The notes below the pieces were generated by a model. The model saw only the letters and a list, made by a program, of their open reading frames with translations, did not search any database and had not been told where the DNA came from. DNA of 64,000 bases from an uncultured Verrucomicrobiae bacterium (GTDB taxonomy: Bacteria; Chlamydiota; Chlamydiia; Chlamydiales; Rhabdochlamydiaceae). The stretch spans positions 960,001 to 1,024,000 of the forward strand of contig CAWDYW010000001.1 in assembly GCA_963806855.1 (NCBI GenBank), given 5' to 3'. Position 1 is the stretch's first letter. Every line of letters starts with the position of its first letter. A program made the translations under genes and the position numbers. This document shows positions 29,746-40,090 of this stretch, in pieces.

Positions 29746-31017
29746 ATGACCAAAAATATTATCGCCTACTTACAAGAACGTGGATTTGTCGACGCCGTCA
29801 CGAGCGAAGAACTACAGAAAGCGTGCGAAGGGCCGATTAAACTCTATTGCGGCTTTGACCCCACGGCTGAAAGTCTTCATTTGGGGAACCTGATCGGCAT
29901 CATGGTGCTGGCTCATTTTCAGCGCTTTGGCCACACGCCCGTCATCGTTTTGGGTGGAGCAACAGGCCGAATCGGCGATCCTTCGGGCAAAAGCCAAGAA
30001 AGGCCCCTGCTCGATATCGAGGTTATCCGAAGCAATATCAACTCGATCCGCACCCATTTTGAACAGGTGCTCAAATTCGACGGCTCACTCCCATGCCCCG
30101 AGATAGTCAATAACGACGATTGGTTCTGCAAAATTGGGGTCATCGACTTTTTGCGCGACATCGGAAAACACTTCCGTCTTGGGTCGATGCTCGCCCGAGA
30201 TACCGTCCGTACTCGGCTCGAATCTGAAGAGGGGATGAGCTTCACCGAATTTAGCTATCAGCTCATCCAAGGATACGATTTTTACCACCTCTATTCTGAG
30301 CATGAGGTGGTCCTCCAAATCGGCGGATCAGATCAGTGGGGCAATATTGTCTCAGGGATCGATCTGACCCGCAAATTGACCGGAAAATCGGTTTATGGAC
30401 TCACTTGGCCCTTGCTGACCCGCAGCGATGGGAAGAAATTTGGAAAATCGGAGCAAGGGGCGATTTGGCTCTCTCCAAAGCTCTGCTCTCCCTATCAGTT
30501 TTACCAGTATGTGGTCCGGATGCCCGATGCCGATGTGGTCCACATGCTCAAAATGCTCACCTTCCTCGACCTCAAAGAAATCGGCCAGATCGAGAAGCAA
30601 ATGAAGGCTCCCGGCTACATTCCTAATACAGCTCAAAAGCGGCTTGCCGAAGAGGTGACCCGAATTATCCATGGGGAAGAGGGAGTAGAAAAGGCATTAA
30701 AAGCGACCGAAGCGGCAGCGCCTGGAAAAGAGGCTGTGCTCGATGCTTCCGTGCTGCAAGAGATCGCTTCCGATATGCCGAGCGTTTCTCTATCACTTTC
30801 CGATGTACTCAATATGCGCTATGCAGACCTCGCTGTCGCCGCTGGCCTGCTCCCGAGCAAAGGGGAAGCGAATCGACTCCTCAAAAATGGGGGGGCCTAT
30901 ATCAACAATGAGCAAATCACCGATCCTAACCTCGCTATTCAGAAAGAAGACCTGATCGATGGGCAGTTTTTAGTCGTGGGAGCGGGCAAAAAAAAGAAAG
31001 TCCTTATCAAAGTTTAA
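29746..31017 (+). CDS. tyrS: Tyrosine--tRNA ligase
   Basis: YCGFDPTAESLHLGN, GGSDQWGNI, KFGKS, S4-like tail. Confidence 0.97.
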   Translation: MTKNIIAYLQERGFVDAVTSEELQKACEGPIKLYCGFDPTAESLHLGNLIGIMVLAHFQRFGHTPVIVLGGATGRIGDPSGKSQERPLLDIEVIRSNINSIRTHFEQVLKFDGSLPCPEIVNNDDWFCKIGVIDFLRDIGKHFRLGSMLARDTVRTRLESEEGMSFTEFSYQLIQGYDFYHLYSEHEVVLQIGGSDQWGNIVSGIDLTRKLTGKSVYGLTWPLLTRSDGKKFGKSEQGAIWLSPKLCSPYQFYQYVVRMPDADVVHMLKMLTFLDLKEIGQIEKQMKAPGYIPNTAQKRLAEEVTRIIHGEEGVEKALKATEAAAPGKEAVLDASVLQEIASDMPSVSLSLSDVLNMRYADLAVAAGLLPSKGEANRLLKNGGAYINNEQITDPNLAIQKEDLIDGQFLVVGAGKKKKVLIKV

Positions 31018-31087
31018 AAAAAAACTTGCTTGAAATTAAGTCTCTTAGAACAATGGGCATTGAACAAGAAACTTAAGGAGTTAGGGT

Positions 31088-31441
31088 ATGGCGACCGTCA
31101 CAAAGAAAAAGTTAATCCAAGTGATATCCCAAGAATTAGGACTTCATCCCAATGATGTCCGCAACGTAATCCAATCTTTTTTAGACAGGATGACCGATTA
31201 TCTTGCCAATGGAGACCGACTAGAATTTAGAGATTTTGGGGTCTTTGAGATTGTGACTCGTAAACAAAAAATTGGGCGCAATCCTAAGAATGCCTCAGTC
31301 CCCATCGTGATCCCCGCCCGGGCTGCCGTCAAATTTACTTCGGGCAAGAAAATGCGCAAAATGATCGAAAAAGAGATAAAAGGTGGCAAATCTGGCCGCT
31401 CTCCTGAAGGCCGCGAAGAGCGTTCTCCAACCAGATTCTAA
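31088..31441 (+). CDS. ihfA: Integration host factor/HU family DNA-binding protein
   Basis: RLEFRDFGVFE, GRNPKN, VKFTSGK. Confidence 0.88.
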   Translation: MATVTKKKLIQVISQELGLHPNDVRNVIQSFLDRMTDYLANGDRLEFRDFGVFEIVTRKQKIGRNPKNASVPIVIPARAAVKFTSGKKMRKMIEKEIKGGKSGRSPEGREERSPTRF

Positions 31442-31451
31442 TTTTTTTCCT

Positions 31452-31479
31452 TGGCGCACCCTTGGCAGAAGGGTGCGTC
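31452..31479 (+). terminator. Probable terminator after ihf
   Basis: GGCGCACCCTT...AAGGGTGCGTC hairpin with a downstream T-run. Confidence 0.55.
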
Positions 31480-31561
31480 TACTAAATTTTTTTCTATAAG
31501 CTTATGCAGAAAAGCCAAATCGGCTATAATAGACCTTTCATACAGGAAGGGCTAGTACTAG

Positions 31562-32509
31562 ATGCTAAAACACGAAAAGCAAATTAAAGAGTATGAGAAG
31601 ACGCTAGCTGAAGTTAAGCAGCAGAATCAGGGCAATCAGCTTTGGTCAGACGACGAAATTGAAAAGCTCGAGGGGAAACTCGAACAGCTCAAAGATAAAG
31701 TCTATTCTCAACTTACTCCCTGGCAACGGGTTGAAATTAGCCGCCATCCCGATCGGCCCCGCACTGTCGATTATATCAAGGCGTTTTGCGATGATTTTTT
31801 CGAATTGCATGGCGATAGAACTTTCCGCGATGACACATCGATCATTTGCGGCCTGTGCAGAATTGGCACAGAGAAATTCATGGTGATTGGGCAAGAAAAG
31901 GGATGCGATACCGAATCAAGAATTAAACGCAATTTTGGGATGCCCCATCCCGAAGGGTATCGTAAGGCTCTTCGCTGTATGCAATTAGCTGCTAAGTTCA
32001 ATATTCCAGTCCTTTCGCTCGTCGATACTCCAGGGGCTTTTGCCGGACTGGCGGCTGAGGAGAGGGGACAAGGATGGGCGATTGCCAAGAATCTCATGGA
32101 AATGGCCCAGCTTCCAACTCCCATCATCGTTGTCCTCATTGGAGAGGGGTGCTCAGGCGGAGCGCTCGGAATCGCAGTCGGTGATCGAGTGGCGATGCTC
32201 GAGCATGCCTACTACTCGGTGATCTCCCCAGAAGGATGTGCCTCTATTCTTTGGAAAGATAGCCAGAAAAAAGAGACCGCAGCAGAAGTATTAAAAATTC
32301 ATGCGGAAGATTTGATGCCGCTCGGCGTGATCGATGAAATCATTGATGAGCCACGGGGCGGAGCCCACCATGATCCTGCTGAAATCTATCAAAGCGTCAA
32401 AAAATATATTCTTTCGACTGTCTCCGAACTCAAAATGATCCCTATTGAAACTCTGCTAGAGCAGCGTTACCAAAAATTTCGACAAATTGGTAAGTTTAAA
32501 GTAGAATAG
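31562..32509 (+). CDS. accA: Acetyl-CoA carboxylase carboxyltransferase alpha
   Basis: [43 protein letters not shown]. Confidence 0.97.
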   Translation: MLKHEKQIKEYEKTLAEVKQQNQGNQLWSDDEIEKLEGKLEQLKDKVYSQLTPWQRVEISRHPDRPRTVDYIKAFCDDFFELHGDRTFRDDTSIICGLCRIGTEKFMVIGQEKGCDTESRIKRNFGMPHPEGYRKALRCMQLAAKFNIPVLSLVDTPGAFAGLAAEERGQGWAIAKNLMEMAQLPTPIIVVLIGEGCSGGALGIAVGDRVAMLEHAYYSVISPEGCASILWKDSQKKETAAEVLKIHAEDLMPLGVIDEIIDEPRGGAHHDPAEIYQSVKKYILSTVSELKMIPIETLLEQRYQKFRQIGKFKVE

Positions 32510-32541
32510 AAGGCGACTTTCAGTTATAAATACAATTCAAC

Positions 32542-34473
32542 ATGAAGCTCTTACTTAAACTCGCGGTTCGCAGCAGAAAGCACCTATCTCTTTTGATTGC
32601 GACCTTTTTAACTCTGATTGCCCTCACCATCGCTTCCCAGATGGAGATGTTTGCACTCGGCATCATGTCTAATTCTGGAGCCGATTTCTTCACCCTGTTT
32701 TCCAAAGATCAGGAAAAGTTGACCTCCCAAAACTCGATCACTTTGGAAGATGTCCAGAACAAATGGGGCGCAATCGACCAAAAAAACCAGGGCGAGATCA
32801 CCAAACAAGATGTTGCCTCTTATTTCGCAAGCAAGAAAGAGACCAATCCGCTCAACTGGGTGCTCAACAAGGTCAAAAGGCACTTCGATGTCTCTGGCAA
32901 CTTCTCTTTACTTGTGATCCTGTTGATTTCCGTTGCGATCTTTAAAGCCGTCTGGCTATTTGCAAGCCGCTACATGACCCAGCTGCTCGCTATTCGGATC
33001 AGCCGCGATTTGCGCCAATATTATTTTGAACATATCCAGTCCCTTCCGATGAGCTTCTATCATCAATACAATATCGGAACCCTGTCCTCCCGCGTGGTTG
33101 GCGATGCTGCCCAGATTTCGCAGTCAATCAACTCTTGTTTGACCAACTATCTTCAGTCGCCATTTACGATCTCCACTTGCCTCCTTACCTGTTTTTTCCT
33201 CTCCTGGAAGCTCTCGATGGTGATTTTTTTCGGAGTCCCATTGATCATCATGCCGATCATCTTCTTGGCGCGCCGCGTCAAACGGGTCTCTCGACAACTT
33301 CAGCGCAACCAAGAGCGCTTTGCCTCGGTTCTGATCGACTTTTTAGCCGGTATCCAGACTGTCAAGATTTTCTCCATGGAGCTCTTCTCCCTGAAAAAAT
33401 ACAAAGAGCAAAATGACCGGATGGCTGTCCTCGAGAGCAAAACCGCCAAATATGGCCTCTTGACCCGTCCGATTCTCCATGCGATCACCACGCTTTGCCT
33501 GGCAATTGTTGTCCTCTTTGGCCTCCATACCCTCGGCATGCCTGTCTCCGAGCTGATTGTCTTTTGTGCCCTCCTCCACCTCTCTTATGAGCCAGTGAAA
33601 AAATTCGCAGAAGAAAACGCCAATATCCAGCGGGGAATCGTTGCTGCTGAGCGGATGTTTGAGGTGCTCAACATCAAACCTCTAATTGAGGACAAAGATG
33701 GGGCTCTCGCCCTCACGAGCTTTAATGATACAATCGAATTTTCTCACGTTTGGTTCCGCTATGAAGGGGATTGGGTGCTGAAAGATCTCAGCTTTACCGT
33801 CCGCAAAGGTGAAACAGTCGCCATCGTCGGTCCAACCGGTGCCGGCAAATCGACCATCGTCCAGCTCCTGCCCCGCCTCTATGAAGTGGAGAAAGGTCAG
33901 ATCCGCATCGATGGCATACCGGTCACGGAATACACGCAAGCATCGCTGCGCAATACGATCGCCTTCGTCTCTCAGAAACCTTTCCTCTTCTGTGATACTG
34001 TCGCAGGGAATATTGCCTTTGGCCGCGATTTTCCCTCATCTGAGATCATCAACGCCGCTAAACGGGCCCATGCTGACGAATTCATCCAAAATCTGCCCGA
34101 GAAATACGATACAGTCCTCGCCGAAGCGGGGCAAAATCTCTCCGGGGGCCAACAGCAGCGTCTCGCAATTGCCCGCGCGCTGGTCAAAAACGCCCCAATT
34201 CTCATCCTCGACGAGGCTACCTCTGCCCTCGATGCCCTTAGCGAAAACCGGATCAAGAAAGCGATCTCGGAGCTCCATGGCGAAGTGACCCAAATCATCA
34301 TCGCCCACCGGCTGGCGACCATCGAGCATGCCGACCGGATCATCTACCTTGAGCATGGGGTCAAACTCGCTGAAGGAACCCGCCATGAGCTGCTCGAAAA
34401 CTGCCCCCCTTTCCGCCTCATGTGGGAAGCCATGTTCCGCATGAAAGAGTCGCAAGAAGCCGCCACCCATTGA
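32542..34473 (+). CDS. msbA: MsbA-type ABC exporter
   Basis: TMD plus GPTGAGKST, LSGGQQQR, ILDEATSALD, IAHRL; chlamydial synteny with accA. Confidence 0.88.
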   Translation: MKLLLKLAVRSRKHLSLLIATFLTLIALTIASQMEMFALGIMSNSGADFFTLFSKDQEKLTSQNSITLEDVQNKWGAIDQKNQGEITKQDVASYFASKKETNPLNWVLNKVKRHFDVSGNFSLLVILLISVAIFKAVWLFASRYMTQLLAIRISRDLRQYYFEHIQSLPMSFYHQYNIGTLSSRVVGDAAQISQSINSCLTNYLQSPFTISTCLLTCFFLSWKLSMVIFFGVPLIIMPIIFLARRVKRVSRQLQRNQERFASVLIDFLAGIQTVKIFSMELFSLKKYKEQNDRMAVLESKTAKYGLLTRPILHAITTLCLAIVVLFGLHTLGMPVSELIVFCALLHLSYEPVKKFAEENANIQRGIVAAERMFEVLNIKPLIEDKDGALALTSFNDTIEFSHVWFRYEGDWVLKDLSFTVRKGETVAIVGPTGAGKSTIVQLLPRLYEVEKGQIRIDGIPVTEYTQASLRNTIAFVSQKPFLFCDTVAGNIAFGRDFPSSEIINAAKRAHADEFIQNLPEKYDTVLAEAGQNLSGGQQQRLAIARALVKNAPILILDEATSALDALSENRIKKAISELHGEVTQIIIAHRLATIEHADRIIYLEHGVKLAEGTRHELLENCPPFRLMWEAMFRMKESQEAATH

Positions 34474-34543
34474 TTATTAATTAGTTAGATGTGAATATTA
34501 TATTGATTGACCTATATAATCGGTGATATGACCTATAATAGAG

Positions 34544-34744
34544 GTGAATAATGCTAGAGTCAGTATTTTAGAGGGGAAAACTCGGGTGTATCAATTCAAC
34601 CCAAGATATCCATTTTTAAAAGAATTGAAGGAATTTTTAGAGAAGGCTTATGCATTTTTACCAGATGAAATACGTGAAAAATATTATAAACCGAAAATTA
34701 GGCAAAGGCCTCGAAGACGAGGAAAACCCCTGTTTTTATGTTAA
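34544..34744 (+). pseudogene. C-terminal remnant of a winged-helix regulator/antitoxin-like gene
   Basis: GKTRVYQFNPRYPFLKELKEFLEKAY..RQRPRRRGKPL looks like a wHTH wing plus basic tail; N-terminal helices absent; AT-rich. Confidence 0.5.
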
Positions 34745-35128
34745 AGCCCGATGGGATTTAATCAAATAGACCAATAAAAATACCCCGATCAAGAAGACGA
34801 AGATCATCAGCAAGGTGTCAAGAAGAAGAGAAGATTGATAGTTCTCTTCTTTGATTTGCCTCTCAGTTCGTTTGAACTTGAAGAAGGAAAAGAGGCAAAG
34901 GATTGCTCCCAAGGCAACCAGCGAGATCCCGAAGAGGGAAGAATAGCTTTGGATTGCTGCTGAGGGCTTTTCTGCCGCTTTGCCAAGAAATATCGCCACT
35001 TGCTGTACAAAAAACGAAAACTTCTCGACGACGAACCCAAAGGCCATAATGCCTAGATTGGTCCTGATCCAGGCGAGGTAGGTCCTTTCGTTTGCTAGGT
35101 GGTCGGTGACGTGTTGCTTTTTGTTCAC
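34736..35128 (-). CDS. YidH/DUF202 membrane protein
   Basis: DHLANERTYLAWIRT. Confidence 0.92.
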   Translation of the reverse strand: MNKKQHVTDHLANERTYLAWIRTNLGIMAFGFVVEKFSFFVQQVAIFLGKAAEKPSAAIQSYSSLFGISLVALGAILCLFSFFKFKRTERQIKEENYQSSLLLDTLLMIFVFLIGVFLLVYLIKSHRALT

Positions 35129-35814
35129 AGAACCCCTAGCTTTTCAAAACTCTCTTTGAGCTCTTTATTTTGTGGCTTATCGAAGGCGCCGCTCTCGGCG
35201 AGCCAGGCCACATATGTTTTGGGGATATCTTTGAGCGGTTTTCCTTGGTGTTTGCCAAAGGGCATCCGGTCGAGCGATTTCTGCACAGAGATGAGATGCA
35301 GAACGGTCTCGATGGGCAAGTCGTCGATCATGCGGGAGAAGATTTGGTAGAGGACCATCACGTCGTCAAGGGCCCGGTGGGCGTTGTTGGCTTCGATCCC
35401 GTACACTTCGCGTAAGTGTTGAAGAGAGTGGCGGGGGAGGTCTGGGCGGTAGCGGCGGGACCATTTCAAACTATCGAGATAGATCCAATTGGGGATGGCG
35501 AGGTCGCTGCGCTTGAATTCAGCTTCGATGAACAGTTTGTCAAAGCTCTCATTGTTGTGGGCGATTAGGACGGTGTTGGGAGGGCAAAATTCGGCAAACG
35601 CTTGCCCGACTTCTTTGAACGAGAGAGCTGAGGAGACCATTTCGTTGGAAATATTGTGGATAGCGGTCGCTTCTGCGGGGATTGGGATGCCGGGGTTGAT
35701 GAACTCGCAGAAAGAGCGATTTTCGATGGGGTCGTAGGCGGCAAGCTCGATGACTCGATCTTTGTCAAATCGTATGCCGGTTGTCTCGGTATCGTAATAA
35801 ATGGGTCTCTTCAT
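35125..35814 (-). CDS. DEDDh 3'-5' exonuclease (DnaQ-like) with C-terminal MPFGKH domain
   Basis: YYDTETTG, AHNNESFD, HRALDD, MPFGKHQGK. Confidence 0.9.
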   Translation of the reverse strand: MKRPIYYDTETTGIRFDKDRVIELAAYDPIENRSFCEFINPGIPIPAEATAIHNISNEMVSSALSFKEVGQAFAEFCPPNTVLIAHNNESFDKLFIEAEFKRSDLAIPNWIYLDSLKWSRRYRPDLPRHSLQHLREVYGIEANNAHRALDDVMVLYQIFSRMIDDLPIETVLHLISVQKSLDRMPFGKHQGKPLKDIPKTYVAWLAESGAFDKPQNKELKESFEKLGVL

Positions 35815-35860
35815 GAAAATAAATTTGCAATAATTTAGGTTAAATTTCTATCATTTTCAG

Positions 35861-36439
35861 GTGATGAAAAAATTTTTCCTCCTATTTCTGTTGATCCCAA
35901 TTGTGATCTTTGGTGAGCAGGCCGAGTGCAAGGTGTTTTTTTCCCCGAGAGATCAATTGGCCGATCGGCTGATTGAGTTGATTCAGAGGGAGGACAAGAG
36001 CATTAAGGTGGCAATTTATTCGATGACCCATTTAGGGATAGCTAAAGCACTCGCCGAGGCAAGGGAGCGTGGCGTGGCGATCGAGGTGATTGTCGACCCC
36101 TCCTGCGTGAAGAATCGGTCGTCGATCCAGCGGCTGATTGCGGCGCAGGTGCCGCTGTTTGTCTGGGACTTAGGGATCCGGATGGCAGAGGGGAAGCGGC
36201 GAGGGCTGATGCATGACAAATTTTGTATTTTTGGCGATCACATCGTCTGGACCGGCTCGTTTAATTTCACGCAGGATGCCCATTTGAAACATCAGGAAAA
36301 TGCGGTCGCCCTCGATAGTCGGGAAGTAGCTCAAAAATATCTTATGCAGTTTGCACAGATGAAGCTCTATGAGAGCCGCCCCTATCATGAATTTTTAGCT
36401 TTATACCCGAAGAAAAAAGGGACAAAAAAAATCAAATAG
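35861..36439 (+). CDS. Secreted single-HKD phospholipase D/Nuc-type nuclease
   Basis: Signal peptide, VFFSP, MHDKFCIFGD, WTGSFNFT, QEN. Confidence 0.88.
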   Translation: MMKKFFLLFLLIPIVIFGEQAECKVFFSPRDQLADRLIELIQREDKSIKVAIYSMTHLGIAKALAEARERGVAIEVIVDPSCVKNRSSIQRLIAAQVPLFVWDLGIRMAEGKRRGLMHDKFCIFGDHIVWTGSFNFTQDAHLKHQENAVALDSREVAQKYLMQFAQMKLYESRPYHEFLALYPKKKGTKKIK

Positions 36440-36468
36440 TCGATATGCTGATAAGGGAGGAAGTGAAG

Positions 36469-36618
36469 ATGAAAATAGCAATTGTAGTGATTTTGCTCAG
36501 CGGTGTACTGGTAGGGTGTTCTCCTGGAATGTACGATGATAATTTGAGCGCAGTTCCAGTGACCAATAATCCAAATATTATCCCAAGAAGTCAAACAGCT
36601 CAGGGGCCTGGGTTTTAA
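36469..36618 (+). CDS. 49-aa lipoprotein (below ORF-track cutoff)
   Basis: MKIAIVVILLSGVLVG-CSPGMYDDNLSAVPVTNNPNIIPRSQTAQGPGF*; lipobox LVGC; GGAGG upstream; TAATG overlap with pdhA. Confidence 0.75.
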   Translation: MKIAIVVILLSGVLVGCSPGMYDDNLSAVPVTNNPNIIPRSQTAQGPGF

Positions 36619-37661
36619 TGGTGAAAAACAAAAAAGATGAGATCCATTTCTTTGCTCACGACATTGAAAAGATTGTCAAACAGCTTGGAAAAGAAAAGCT
36701 GATCGAGTGCTTAAAGAAGATGCTCTTGATCCGCAATTTTGAAATTCGGGCGGAATCGGCTTATTTGCAAGGGAAGGTGGGAGGATTTTTCCACTCCTAT
36801 ATTGGCCAAGAGGCGATTCAGACCTCTGCTGTGCAGGTGATGGGTATTAAGCAATGGTGGGTCACTACCTATCGCTGCCATGCACTCGCTCTTCTGCTCG
36901 GTGCGACGCCGAATGAACTCATGGCTGAACTCTATGGAAGGGCAAGTGGAAATGCGCTTGGACGTGGTGGTTCGATGCACTTTTTCACTGAGGATCTATT
37001 GGGCGGTTTTGGTATCGTCGGCGGTCAAATTCCGATTGCGACCGGCGCTGCCTTTGCTATCGATTATAAGAAGAAATTTCCAAAAATCAATGTTGCTTCA
37101 AAAGATGTGGCGATCTGCTTTATGGGAGATGGGGCGGTTGCTCAAGGCGCCTTTCACGAGTCGCTCAACATCGCCTCGCTCTGGAATCTCCCCTGCATTT
37201 ATGTGATCGAGAATAATGAGTGGGGAATGGGGACGCATGTCGATCGGGCTATTTCTGTCCGGGGGATTGCTGAGACCAAAGCGCCTGGCTATGGGATGAA
37301 AGGATACACCTTTGACGGGATGGACTTTTTTAACTGCTACGCTGGCTTTGCACATGTCTTTGAAGAGGTGAAAAAGAGCTCGAGACCTGTGTTGATTGAG
37401 GTGCTCACTGAGCGATTCAAGGGCCACTCAATTTCTGATCCTGCGCTCTATCGTTCGAAAGAGGAGCTCTCCAAATGCATGGAGCGGGATCCTCTCAATA
37501 TCCTGGTCAAGACCCTCATGTCCTTCAAGATGCTCAAGGAAGAGGAATATAAAGAGATTGACAAAGAGCAAAAAGAGATTGTGATGGCAGCGATGAAATA
37601 TGCGGAAGATTCTCCCTGGCCAGACCCGATCACTTTAGAAGAAGATGTTTTTGCCCCTTAA
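36618..37661 (+). CDS. pdhA: Pyruvate dehydrogenase E1 alpha
   Basis: GFFHSYIGQEA, GRGGSMH, GDGA..NN, RFKGHSISDP. Confidence 0.96.
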   Translation: MVKNKKDEIHFFAHDIEKIVKQLGKEKLIECLKKMLLIRNFEIRAESAYLQGKVGGFFHSYIGQEAIQTSAVQVMGIKQWWVTTYRCHALALLLGATPNELMAELYGRASGNALGRGGSMHFFTEDLLGGFGIVGGQIPIATGAAFAIDYKKKFPKINVASKDVAICFMGDGAVAQGAFHESLNIASLWNLPCIYVIENNEWGMGTHVDRAISVRGIAETKAPGYGMKGYTFDGMDFFNCYAGFAHVFEEVKKSSRPVLIEVLTERFKGHSISDPALYRSKEELSKCMERDPLNILVKTLMSFKMLKEEEYKEIDKEQKEIVMAAMKYAEDSPWPDPITLEEDVFAP

Positions 37662-37667
37662 GGAACT

Positions 37668-38650
37668 ATGGGAACACAAGTAGTTGAAATTCGAGAAGCG
37701 ATTCGACAAGCCATCGACGAAGAGATGACACGCGATGAGCGGTCTTCATCATCGGTGAAGAGGTGGCCGAATACAATGGCGCCTACAAGGTGACCAAAGG
37801 AATGCTCGACAAATGGGGACAAAGATCGGGTGATCGATACACCGATTGCCGAACTTGGCTTTGCTGGCCTGGCGATCGGGGCGGCGATGGCGGCCTCCGT
37901 CCGATTGTCGAATTCATGAGCTTTAACTTCTCTTTTGTCGGGGGCGACCAGATTATCTCTAATGCGATTAAGATGTATTACATGTCGGGAAGACGTTTTC
38001 AGGTCCCGATTGTCTTCCGCGGGCCGAATGGCGCTGCAGCGCAGGTCTCTTCCCAACACTCCCACTGCGTCGAGGCGATTTACGGCAATCTGCCAGGCCT
38101 TATCATCGTGGCTCCAAGCAACGCCTATGATGCCAAAGGGCTGCTCAAGTCCGCCATTCGCAACAACAACCCGGTCCTCTTTTTAGAGAACGAGCTCTCC
38201 TATGGCGGCAAAGATGGAAATCCCCACTGAGGAGTATCTTGGTCCCCATTGGAAAAGCCAAGGTTGTCCGCGAAGGCAAACACATTACCCTCATTTCTCA
38301 TAGTCGGATGGTCGAACTCTGCAAAGAGGCAGCCAGCGAGCTGGCTAAAAAGGGGATTGAGGTCGAGGTCATCGATCTGCGGACGATCAAGCCTCTCGAT
38401 ATTGCGACGATTGCCGATTCTGTTCGAAAAACCCATCTCTGCGCCCTTGTTGAAGAGGGACATGTTTTTGCCGGCATCTGTGCTGAAGTGGGCTTTTTAA
38501 TTCAAGAGCACTGCTTCGATTATCCTCGATGCTCCTATCGAGCGCGTATGCCAGAGAGAAACCCCGATGCCCTATTCAAAAGTGCTCGAAAAAGAGACCA
38601 TGCCAACAAAAGAGCGGATCATCGCCGCACTCAATAAACTTTTGCGCTAA
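37668..38650 (+). CDS. pdhB: Pyruvate dehydrogenase E1 beta, frameshifted
   Basis: EYNGAYKVTKG, RPIVEFMSFNF, RGPNGAA..QHSH, EVIDLRTIKPLD. Confidence 0.93.
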
Positions 38651-38662
38651 CGGAGAGACAAG

Positions 38663-39952
38663 ATGCCCTTTACAGTGACCATGCCAAAACTCTCCCCCAC
38701 AATGGAAGAGGGGACAATTGCCAAATGGAGAATCAAAGAGGGTACCCACGTCAAGGCCGGAGATGTGATCGTCGAGGTCGCTACCGATAAAGCGACCGTC
38801 GAACAAGCCGCCATCGATGAAGGCTACTTGCGCAAGATTATCATCCACGAAGGCGAGTCTGCCATCGTCAATCAGCCCATTGCGATTTTCACTGAAAAGG
38901 CAGATGAGAGCATTGTGGGATATAAGCCGGAAGGGGAGGCCCCTGCTCCAGAAGCCGCAGAAGCGAAGGTTGAGGAGAAAAAGGAAGTCGCAACCGCGCC
39001 GGCAGTAAAAACAGCAGCAATGCAACAACCAGCCTTTGTTCCAGAGCCACCCTTGGAAAGCTACACGATTGCCGGACCTACTGCTCCAATTCAGGGAAGA
39101 ATTCCCGCTTCCCCCCTCGCTCGAAAACTTGCCCGTGAAAAAGGTATTGATCTTTCGTCGATCAAAGGATCTGGCCCACAAGGAAGGATCATGAGCCGTG
39201 ACCTCGAAACGGGGCAGCCGGAAGCGCTTGTCAGTTTTTATCATGATGAAATACCCACGCTGGCTCCAGGGACCTTCGAGGAGCAGCCTCTGAACCAGAT
39301 GCGCAAAGCCATTGGGCGCCGTCTGCAGGAATCGAAAACCTTCATTCCCCACTTCTATGTGACGCAGGAGATCGATGCCGAGCCGATGGTCCACTTGCGC
39401 GAACAATTTAAAGTGGGCGGCATCAAAGTCACGATCAACGATTTCATCATCCGAGCAGTAGCTCTAGCCTTAAGACAGCATCCAGAAGCCAACAGCGGAT
39501 ACAATTCGGTGACCCCAGCGATTATCCGTTTCAAGACGATCGACATTTCAGTCGCCGTGAGCTTGCCCGATGGGCTGATCACTCCCATCATCCGGCACGC
39601 CGACTACAAGAACCTCGCTGAGATCTCTTCTGAGATCAGAAGCCTTGTCAAGCGAGCCAAAGAGGGGAAATTAGCCCGTGAGGAATATATGGGTGGATCC
39701 TTCTCGATCTCAAATTTAGGGATGTATGGAGTGAGAGACTTTACTGCCATCATTAATCCTCCTCAAGCGGCGATCCTGTCGGTCGGAGGCATCCAGGAGA
39801 AACCTGTCGTTAGGAAGGGACAAGTAGTGCCAGGGAAGACCATTTCGGTCACTTTAGGGGCTGACCACCGAGTGATGGATGGGGTCGATTCAGCGAAGTT
39901 CTTGCAGACACTGCAGAAATTCATTGAGAACCCTTCACTGCTAGTGGTTTAG
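38663..39952 (+). CDS. pdhC: Dihydrolipoamide acetyltransferase E2
   Basis: Lipoyl ATDKA, ASPLARKLA, DHRVMDG. Confidence 0.96.
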   Translation: MPFTVTMPKLSPTMEEGTIAKWRIKEGTHVKAGDVIVEVATDKATVEQAAIDEGYLRKIIIHEGESAIVNQPIAIFTEKADESIVGYKPEGEAPAPEAAEAKVEEKKEVATAPAVKTAAMQQPAFVPEPPLESYTIAGPTAPIQGRIPASPLARKLAREKGIDLSSIKGSGPQGRIMSRDLETGQPEALVSFYHDEIPTLAPGTFEEQPLNQMRKAIGRRLQESKTFIPHFYVTQEIDAEPMVHLREQFKVGGIKVTINDFIIRAVALALRQHPEANSGYNSVTPAIIRFKTIDISVAVSLPDGLITPIIRHADYKNLAEISSEIRSLVKRAKEGKLAREEYMGGSFSISNLGMYGVRDFTAIINPPQAAILSVGGIQEKPVVRKGQVVPGKTISVTLGADHRVMDGVDSAKFLQTLQKFIENPSLLVV

Positions 39953-39964
39953 CAAAAAAAATAT

Positions 39965-40071
39965 TTATCACCACAGAGAGCACAGAGGACACGGAGGAAA
40001 AAATTTTCAAGTTCCCTATAGAAGGCAGGCCATTTTTTTCTCTGTGTCCTCTGTGCTCTCTGTGGTGATAA
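39965..40071. repeat. CACAGAG-type REP-like hairpin between convergent genes
   Basis: 32-nt arms 39965-39996 / 40040-40071. Confidence 0.85.
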
Positions 40072-40090
40072 TTTTTTGGTTTTTAGAGAG

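Noticed and set aside
35125..36439. DEDDh exonuclease plus PLD nuclease as a defence system
   Set aside because: Divergent genes; the exonuclease sits in ordinary chlamydial housekeeping context, the PLD is secreted, and no other defence genes are adjacent.
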